DNA of 64,000 nucleotides. Origin: an uncultured Gammaproteobacteria bacterium. GTDB taxonomy: Bacteria > Patescibacteriota > Patescibacteriia > UBA1558 > S5-K13. Below the pieces are notes generated by a model. The model ran no database searches. It was given only the letters and a program-made list of their open reading frames with translations, and was not told the DNA's origin. Position numbers and translations under genes: made by a program. Location: positions 12,769-76,768 of the forward strand of contig CAYRHT010000004.1 of NCBI GenBank assembly GCA_964424195.1. Reading direction: 5' to 3'. This document shows, piece after piece, positions 57,984 to 64,000 of this stretch (positions are counted from its first letter, which is position 1; each line of letters starts with the position of its first letter).

Positions 57984-59171
57984 ATGGCAGAAAATTTTGA
58001 CAGATCAAAACCCCATGTCAACATCGGTACTATTGGCCACGTTGATCATGGTAAAACAACTTTAACAGCAGCAATCCTAAGCGTTTTAACAGCTGCTGGT
58101 AAAACAGCTCAGAGTAAATCAGTAGATCAAATTGATAACGCTCCAGAAGAAAAAGAGAGAGGGATTACAATTGCTACTGCTCACGTTGAGTACGAAACAG
58201 ACAAAAGACATTACGCTCACGTTGACTGTCCAGGTCATGCTGACTATGTAAAAAACATGATTACTGGTGCAGCTCAAATGGATGGTGCTATTTTAGTAGT
58301 ATCAGCTGCTGACGGAGCTATGCCTCAAACTAGAGAGCATATTCTTTTAGCAAGACAAGTTGGTGTTCCATCAATTGTAGTGTTCTTAAACAAAGTAGAT
58401 CAAGTTAGTGATCCAGAATTGATTGACTTGGTTGAAGAAGAAATTAGAGACCTATTAAAGAAATATGAATTCCCAGGAGATGAAACTCCAATCATTAGAG
58501 GTTCAGCTTTGAAAGCTCTAGAAGATCCAAAAGGGGATGCTGCAAAACCTATCCTAGAACTTATGGATAAGGTTGATGAATATATTCCTACACCAGAAAG
58601 AGATTTAGACAAGCCTTACCTAATGCCTGTAGAAGATATCTTCTCAATTGAAGGTCGAGGTACTGTAGTAACTGGTGCTATTGAAAGAGGAGTTATTAAA
58701 GTAAATGAAGAAATAGAAATCGTAGGTATCAAAGATACAACTAAAACAGTTGTTACTGGAGTAGAGATGTTTAATAAATCTCTAGACCAAGGACAAGCTG
58801 GTGATAATGCTGGTATCTTACTTCGGGGTACTAAAAAAGATGAAGTTGAAAGAGGACAAGTTTTGGCTAAGCCAGGATCTGTTACTCCTCATACTGAATT
58901 TGAAGCAGAAGTTTATGTTTTATCTAAAGATGAAGGTGGAAGACATACTCCTTTCTTTAAAGGATATAAACCACAATTCTATATTAGAACTTGTGATGTT
59001 ACTGGTGATGTAGCACTACCAGACGGAACAGAAATGGTAATGCCTGGTGATACAGTTAATTTAAAAGTTAAATTAATTCACCCAGTAGCTTTAGAAGAAA
59101 AACAAAGATTTGCTATCCGAGAAGGTGGTAAAACAGTTGCTTCTGGAGTAGTTGCTAAGATTATTAAATAA
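57984..59171 (+). CDS. tuf: elongation factor Tu
   Basis: [22 protein letters not shown], and a canonical EF-Tu C-terminus. Confidence 0.97.
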   Translation: MAENFDRSKPHVNIGTIGHVDHGKTTLTAAILSVLTAAGKTAQSKSVDQIDNAPEEKERGITIATAHVEYETDKRHYAHVDCPGHADYVKNMITGAAQMDGAILVVSAADGAMPQTREHILLARQVGVPSIVVFLNKVDQVSDPELIDLVEEEIRDLLKKYEFPGDETPIIRGSALKALEDPKGDAAKPILELMDKVDEYIPTPERDLDKPYLMPVEDIFSIEGRGTVVTGAIERGVIKVNEEIEIVGIKDTTKTVVTGVEMFNKSLDQGQAGDNAGILLRGTKKDEVERGQVLAKPGSVTPHTEFEAEVYVLSKDEGGRHTPFFKGYKPQFYIRTCDVTGDVALPDGTEMVMPGDTVNLKVKLIHPVALEEKQRFAIREGGKTVASGVVAKIIK

Positions 59172-59189
59172 TGTAATTACATTTTTAAC

Positions 59190-59222
59190 TTTTACCCTGC
59201 ACTTTCATAGTGCAGGGTAAAA
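59190..59222. terminator. 14-bp perfect hairpin terminator after tuf
   Basis: TTTTACCCTGCACT-ttcat-AGTGCAGGGTAAAA. Confidence 0.6.
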
Positions 59223-59240
59223 GTTTAGATAATACACCAT

Positions 59241-59639
59241 ATGAAGAATACAAAAGTAGAAGAAAAAAAACCAGTTGAAAAAAAGGAACCTAGCTCTGCT
59301 AAAGTCACGGCAGATAAGGAAACTCCAGAAGTTATTTCTAATAGAATTAGAATTAAGATCAAAGCCTATGACCATGTATTAATTGATCAATCAACTAAAA
59401 CTATTATTGATGTAGCTACTAGAAATGGAGCAAAGATTGTTGGACCAGTACCACTACCAACTAATACTAAAAAGTATACAGTATTAAAATCAACATTTGT
59501 TCACAAAGATTCTAGAGATCAATACGAGATGAGAATCCACAAAAGATTAATAGATATCCTAGAACCTAATAAAAAGATGATTGATTCTCTAATGAGTCTA
59601 GATCTACCAAATGGTGTTGACATTGAGATTAAGATGTGA
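59241..59639 (+). CDS. rpsJ: 30S ribosomal protein S10 with ~35-aa K/E-rich N-terminal extension
   Basis: RIRIKIKAYDH.LID.S...I...A...GA...GPVPLPT is the S10 core. Confidence 0.9.
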   Translation: MKNTKVEEKKPVEKKEPSSAKVTADKETPEVISNRIRIKIKAYDHVLIDQSTKTIIDVATRNGAKIVGPVPLPTNTKKYTVLKSTFVHKDSRDQYEMRIHKRLIDILEPNKKMIDSLMSLDLPNGVDIEIKM

Positions 59640-59870
59640 TAATCTATTATTGATTTAATATATATTTATATTTTGTTTATAAGTATAGAAAACCCTCTCA
59701 GGAGGAAGTGTCTATAGGAGTAAATGAGATAAGGAGACATTGAAATTCTTTAAAAATTCTGCCAATTTATTTATAAACAGCAGGATCGCAATCTCACTTT
59801 TTAACTTTAGAAATGCTAAAGCTGAGAAGTAAGGTTACGATTTTTTGTATTAAATAGGAAAATATAAAAT

Positions 59871-60722
59871 ATGAACTTTATTCTAGGAAAAAAAATAAGA
59901 ATGACTCAGATTTTTGCTGAAGATGGTGGATTAATTCCAGTTACAGAGATTAGTGTTGAACCAAATACAGTTTTAAGAGTTAAGGGTAAAGAAAAAGACG
60001 GGTATGAAGCCATTGTCTTAGCTTGTGGTACCCGAAATAAAATCAGAAAATCATTAGCGGGTCTTTTTAATAAAATGGGAAAATTTAGATATATTAAAGA
60101 ATTCAGAACAGAAGGACAAGAGATTACTTTAAAAACTGGAGATCAAATAGGTTTAGATAGTTTTAAAGTTGGAGACAAAATTAGAGCTACTGCTGTTTCT
60201 AAAGGTAAAGGATTTCAAGGTGTTGTTAAAAGACATGGTTTTCATGGTACAAACGAACAACATGGTAATAAAGATCAATCTAGGATGCCTGGTTCTATTG
60301 GTGCTACTGGTCCAGCTCATGTTTTTAAAGGAACTAAAATGGGTGGAAGAATGGGCGGAGATCAAGTTACTGTAACAAATCTAGAGATAATTAAAATTGA
60401 TTTAGATAATAATTTATTATATTTAAAAGGAGCTCTGGCTGGTGGAAGTAATGCTCTGGTAGCTGTTAAAGGCGAAGGCGAGCTTAAAGTTTATGAAAAA
60501 CCAGTCAAAGAAGAGACTCCTAAAGAAGAAATTAAAAAAGAAGATTCTACTCCAGAAATTAAAAAAGAAAAACCTGTTGAAGAAAAAAAGGAAGAAACTC
60601 CAAAAGAAGAAGTAAAATCTGAAAATAAGCCAGTTGAAGAGAAGAAAGAGAAAGAAGTTAAAGAAGAAGCTCCTAAAGAAGAGAAGAAGGCTGAAGAAGT
60701 TAAAGTTGAAGATAAAAAATAA
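59871..60722 (+). CDS. rplC: 50S ribosomal protein L3 with K/E/P-rich C-terminal repeat tail
   Basis: ILGKKIRMTQIF...FKGTKMGGRMGGDQVTV is the L3 core. Tail is made of KEETPKEE-like repeats. Confidence 0.9.
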   Translation: MNFILGKKIRMTQIFAEDGGLIPVTEISVEPNTVLRVKGKEKDGYEAIVLACGTRNKIRKSLAGLFNKMGKFRYIKEFRTEGQEITLKTGDQIGLDSFKVGDKIRATAVSKGKGFQGVVKRHGFHGTNEQHGNKDQSRMPGSIGATGPAHVFKGTKMGGRMGGDQVTVTNLEIIKIDLDNNLLYLKGALAGGSNALVAVKGEGELKVYEKPVKEETPKEEIKKEDSTPEIKKEKPVEEKKEETPKEEVKSENKPVEEKKEKEVKEEAPKEEKKAEEVKVEDKK

Positions 60723-60724
60723 TT

Positions 60725-61354
60725 ATGTTAAAAGCTAAAGTTTACAATTCAGAAGGAAAAGAGAGTGGAGAAATTAAATTAGATCCAAAAGTTTTTGATA
60801 TTGAAATTAAACCAGTTGTAGTTCAACAAGTTGTTGAAGCTCATGTTGCTAATAAGAGAAATGTTTTGGCTCATACTAAAGTTATGTCTGAAGTTCGAGG
60901 TGGTGGTAAAAAACCATGGAGACAAAAGGGAACAGGTAGAGCTAGACATGGTTCATCAAGATCTCCTATCTGGAAAGGCGGCGGAGTTACTTTTGGTCCA
61001 AGAAAAGATAGAAATTTTGCTAAGAAAGTTAATAAGAAAATGAAGGTTAAAGCATTATTTATGGTTTTAACTGATAAATTAAAGAATGAAAAATTAACAA
61101 TTATTGATGAAATTAAATTAGAGAACAGAAAAACTAAAGATTTATTAAAAATAGTTAAAAATGTAAAGTTAGCAGATCAGAAAGTTGTACTGGGATTAGG
61201 CAAGAAAGATACTAATGTTCAAGATTCTTCTAAAAATATAGAGAATATTAAAGTTATGCCTGCTGATAGTTTCAATGTCTATACATTGTTAAAGTATGAG
61301 AATTTAGTTTTAACTAAAGCAGCAGTTGAAAAAATAAGTAAACATTTTATTTAA
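60725..61354 (+). CDS. rplD: 50S ribosomal protein L4
   Basis: RGGGKKPWRQKGTGRARHGS.RSPIWKGGGV.FGP. Confidence 0.9.
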   Translation: MLKAKVYNSEGKESGEIKLDPKVFDIEIKPVVVQQVVEAHVANKRNVLAHTKVMSEVRGGGKKPWRQKGTGRARHGSSRSPIWKGGGVTFGPRKDRNFAKKVNKKMKVKALFMVLTDKLKNEKLTIIDEIKLENRKTKDLLKIVKNVKLADQKVVLGLGKKDTNVQDSSKNIENIKVMPADSFNVYTLLKYENLVLTKAAVEKISKHFI

Positions 61355-61358
61355 ACAT

Positions 61359-61850
61359 ATGGGAATTTTTAGTGTATTAAAACATAAAGACAAGAAAGAA
61401 AAGACTGATCAGAAAGATCAGAAAGTTTTAGATTCTAAAAAAGCTAAAGATTCTAAAGAAGAAAAAAAGAAAGAATTAACAGTTGCTGAAATTGCAGAGG
61501 ATAAAGATGAAAAAGGTAAAACTAAGAGTAAGAAATCTAAAGGTAAAGCAAATAAACACGATACTAAAGATGCTTACAAAGTTTTACTTCGAGCTTTAAT
61601 TACTGAAAAAGCATCATATTTAAAAGCAGAAAATAAATATTTATTTGAAGTTAATCCAGATACTAATAAGAATGAAATAAAGAAAGCTATTTTCCATGTT
61701 TATGGAGTTTGGCCAACTAAGATAAATGTATCAAATTTAGGTGGTAAGAATAAAAGATATGGTCGAAATACTGGAGTCACTAAGGCTAAAAAGAAAGCAA
61801 TAGTAACTTTAAAGAAAGGTGATACTATTGAATTATACGAAGGAGTTTAA
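61359..61850 (+). CDS. rplW: 50S ribosomal protein L23 with K-rich N-terminal extension
   Basis: L23 core ...ITEKAS...YLFEV......IKKAI...YGV.P.KINV.... Confidence 0.85.
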   Translation: MGIFSVLKHKDKKEKTDQKDQKVLDSKKAKDSKEEKKKELTVAEIAEDKDEKGKTKSKKSKGKANKHDTKDAYKVLLRALITEKASYLKAENKYLFEVNPDTNKNEIKKAIFHVYGVWPTKINVSNLGGKNKRYGRNTGVTKAKKKAIVTLKKGDTIELYEGV

Positions 61851-61877
61851 ATTAAAAAGTTCAAATTTTAAAATAAT

Positions 61878-62723
61878 ATGGCAATAAAAGTTTACAAACC
61901 AACAACACCGGCCAGACGACACACTTCAGTGGCGATCGGTGAAAACGTGTCTAAAAAAAATAAGCCATTAAAGAAATTGACTGTTATTAGAAAACAGAAT
62001 GCTGGTAGAAATAATCAGGGTAGAATTACAATTAGACATCGTGGTGGTGGAGCAAAAAGATTTATTAGACAAGTTGATTTTAAAAGAGATAAATATGATA
62101 TTCCAGCAAAAGTTGAATCAGTTGAATATGATCCAAATAGAAATGCTCACATTGCTTTAGTATGCTATCAAGATGGTGAAAGAAGATATATTTTAGCAGC
62201 TGAAGGAATGAAAGCTGATCAAATGGTTATCAGTTCAAAAACAAAGTTAGAAGTTACTGACGGTAATAGATTCCCATTAACCTTAATTCCTAGTGGAATG
62301 ACAGTATATAATATTGAATTAAAACCAGAACAAGGTGGAAAGATTGTTAGAGGAGCTGGAGCTAGAGCTATGTTTATGGGAGTAGAAGGGAAATACGCTC
62401 AAATTAAATTACCTTCTAGTGAAATCAGATTAGTCCCTAAAGATTGTTTAGCAACTCTAGGACAAGTATCAAATGCAGAATATAGAAATATCAGATGGGG
62501 TAAAGCTGGAAGAATGAGACATAGAGGTATTAGACCAACTGTTAGAGGAAAAGCTATGAACCCTTGTGATCATCCACATGGTGGCGGTGAAGGAAGACAA
62601 CCTATTGGTATGAAACATCCTAAGACTCCTTGGGGAAAACCAGCATTAGGTGTAAAAACAAGAAAGAAAACAAAATATAGCGATGATTTAATACTAAATA
62701 GAAGAAAAAAGAGAAAGAAATAA
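61878..62723 (+). CDS. rplB: 50S ribosomal protein L2
   Basis: MAIKVYKPTTP..R......RHRGGG.KR.IR..DF...NPCDHPHGGGEG. Confidence 0.95.
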   Translation: MAIKVYKPTTPARRHTSVAIGENVSKKNKPLKKLTVIRKQNAGRNNQGRITIRHRGGGAKRFIRQVDFKRDKYDIPAKVESVEYDPNRNAHIALVCYQDGERRYILAAEGMKADQMVISSKTKLEVTDGNRFPLTLIPSGMTVYNIELKPEQGGKIVRGAGARAMFMGVEGKYAQIKLPSSEIRLVPKDCLATLGQVSNAEYRNIRWGKAGRMRHRGIRPTVRGKAMNPCDHPHGGGEGRQPIGMKHPKTPWGKPALGVKTRKKTKYSDDLILNRRKKRKK

Positions 62724-62743
62724 GAACAATATAATTAAAATAT

Positions 62744-63028
62744 ATGTCAAGAAGTTTAAAAAAATTACCATTTACATGTCCCAAGCTATTAAAGAAATTA
62801 GTTAATGTTAAGCCTGGGGATAAAAAATCAATGGTCAAAACTTGGTCTAGAAGATCTACTATTACTCCAGAAATGATTGGTCATACTATCTATGTCCATA
62901 ATGGAAAAGATCATTTACCAGTTTTCGTAGTAGAAAACATGGTTGGTCATAAATTAGGAGAATTTTCACCAACTAGAAAGTTTGTTGGTCATGGTGGTAA
63001 AATGGCTAAGACTGTAGAAAAAAGTTAA
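62744..63028 (+). CDS. rpsS: 30S ribosomal protein S19
   Basis: [37 protein letters not shown]. Confidence 0.95.
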   Translation: MSRSLKKLPFTCPKLLKKLVNVKPGDKKSMVKTWSRRSTITPEMIGHTIYVHNGKDHLPVFVVENMVGHKLGEFSPTRKFVGHGGKMAKTVEKS

Positions 63029-63056
63029 TTAAAAAGTATAAATTTAAAATAGTAAT

Positions 63057-63587
63057 ATGAAAGTAAAAGCAAAATTAAGACATTATCACGTTGCCCCTCG
63101 GAAAGTTCGTTTAATTATTGATCTAATACGTGGTTTAGACGTTGATAAAGCTTTTGAACAATTAAGTTCTCAAAGTAAAAGATGTGTTCCAGCTATTGAT
63201 AAGCTTTTAAATTCAGCAATTGCTAATGCTGTTAATAATTTTAAGTTAGAAAGAGATAATTTATACATTGAAGAAGGTTTCGTTGATCAAGGTCCAGTTT
63301 TAAAGAGATGGAAACCAAGAGCTCATGGAAGAGCTGGTAGAATTTTAAAGAAAACTAGTCACATTACTTTAATCTTAGGAGAAAGAGTGCCTAGTGATGA
63401 TCAGAAGAAAAAAGATGATTCTACTAAAGAGAAAAAAGAAATTAAAACTAAAAAAGTTGATATTAAAGATATAAAGAAAGCTAGTGGGAACTTTAAAGGT
63501 GATAGTAAATTAGAAGGTTCTGACAAAGCTAAGGGAAAACAATCTAAAACAACTAAATCTTTCATTAGAAAGACAGGAGATAAATAA
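63057..63587 (+). CDS. rplV: 50S ribosomal protein L22 with K/D-rich C-terminal extension
   Basis: MKVKAKLRHYHVAPRKVRLIIDLIRG..V..A...L. Confidence 0.9.
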   Translation: MKVKAKLRHYHVAPRKVRLIIDLIRGLDVDKAFEQLSSQSKRCVPAIDKLLNSAIANAVNNFKLERDNLYIEEGFVDQGPVLKRWKPRAHGRAGRILKKTSHITLILGERVPSDDQKKKDDSTKEKKEIKTKKVDIKDIKKASGNFKGDSKLEGSDKAKGKQSKTTKSFIRKTGDK

Positions 63588-63589
63588 AA

Positions 63590-64000
63590 TGGGACAAAAA
63601 GTAAATCCAGTAGCATTTAGAATGGGAATGTCACAATCATGGAAATCTAAATGGTTCAGTGATAAAAATTATGTTGCTTATTTAAAACAAGATGTTTTAA
63701 TGAGAAGATATTTAAAGAAAAAGCTGAGAGATGCTGGTGTTTCTAGAATTGAAATTAAAAGATCTGCTGATGATATGACAGTTATTGTTTATTCTTCTCG
63801 CCCAGGTATTATTATTGGAAGAGGAGGTACTGGAATTGAAGATTTAAAGAAAGACTTAGTAAAGAGATTTGTAAAAGACCAAAAGAAATTGAAAATTTCA
63901 ATTGAAGAGATTAAAAAACCAATGCTTTCTTCAGGAATTGTTATGCAAAGTATAGTTGATCAAGTAGAAAAGAGAATGCCTTACAGAAAGGTAATGAAGA
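63590..64000 (+). CDS. rpsC: 30S ribosomal protein S3 (5' partial, runs off the window)
   Basis: MGQKVNPVAFRMG.SQSWKSKWF... is the KH-domain N-terminus of S3. Confidence 0.9.

Noticed and set aside
58400-63616. Shadow ORFs within tuf, rplC, rplD, rplB and rplV (58400-58612, 58801-59013, 60153-60375, 60831-61043, 62620-62838, 63401-63616)
   Set aside because: They overlap universally conserved ribosomal or translation-factor genes. Several arise from K/E-rich repeat tails.
1-64000. Alternative genetic code (UGA recoded, as in Gracilibacteria/SR1)
   Set aside because: Long conserved genes (fusA, tuf, pnp, topA, der) are intact under the standard code, with no in-frame TGA interruptions visible in the ORF track.
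1-64000. CRISPR arrays, transposases, integrases, rRNA genes
   Set aside because: I saw no regularly spaced direct repeats and no ORFs with DDE/tyrosine-recombinase motifs. The tRNA-Ser-adjacent region has a TA module but no integrase in the window.

Overview
The window is low-GC (~30%) bacterial chromosomal DNA, densely coding and mostly operonic, read in the standard genetic code. Long housekeeping ORFs such as fusA, tuf and pnp are intact with no in-frame TGA, so a recoded UGA is unlikely. The gene content (short intergenic regions, type IV pilus/competence genes next to dprA, K/E-rich tails on ribosomal proteins, many secreted hypotheticals) looks like a small-genome lineage such as Patescibacteria/CPR. 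That attribution is inference only.

Confidently identified by motif:
- rpsO-pnp operon, preceded by tRNA-Glu with its own promoter.
- xth, a MazG-like gene and a MATE efflux gene in one minus-strand operon.
- A LexA-like repressor downstream of a perfect TTGACA-17-TATAAT promoter flanked by inverted repeats.
- rlmN, a phosphohexomutase, murI.
- A type IV pilus locus: pilM, pilN, pilO-like, pilB, a receiver domain, a catalytically degenerate pilT-like gene, pilC and a pilin, ending at tRNA-Ser.
- A RelE/Phd-type toxin-antitoxin pair, a Rel/SpoT homolog, topA, a FolC-like Mur ligase, dprA, pth, der, an LCP protein and an M23 peptidase.
- Two YhhQ-family queuosine-precursor transporter paralogs, an RRM RNA-binding protein, rpmB and an M50-like metalloprotease.
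- The str and S10 ribosomal operons: rpsL, rpsG, fusA, tuf, rpsJ, rplC, rplD, rplW, rplB, rpsS, rplV and partial rpsC.

Most interesting observations:
- A GC-rich multi-hairpin element (6773-6929) with a riboswitch-like antiterminator/terminator choice upstream of a hypothetical gene.
- A block of large secreted proteins (tail-fibre-like, Cys-rich-repeat, LamG-like) immediately upstream of the pilus operon.
- A dead-ATPase PilT paralog paired with a CheY-like receiver.
- A 12-codon ORF with a perfect SD plus a strong terminator upstream of the second yhhQ.
- Two secreted-protein genes inserted between rpsG and fusA.
- A GC-shifted orphan gene cluster with a structured 350-bp non-coding spacer (40416-42707).
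- Perfect DnaA-box 9-mers at a terminator and in the lexA/xth control region.

No CRISPR arrays, transposases, integrases or rRNA genes were seen.
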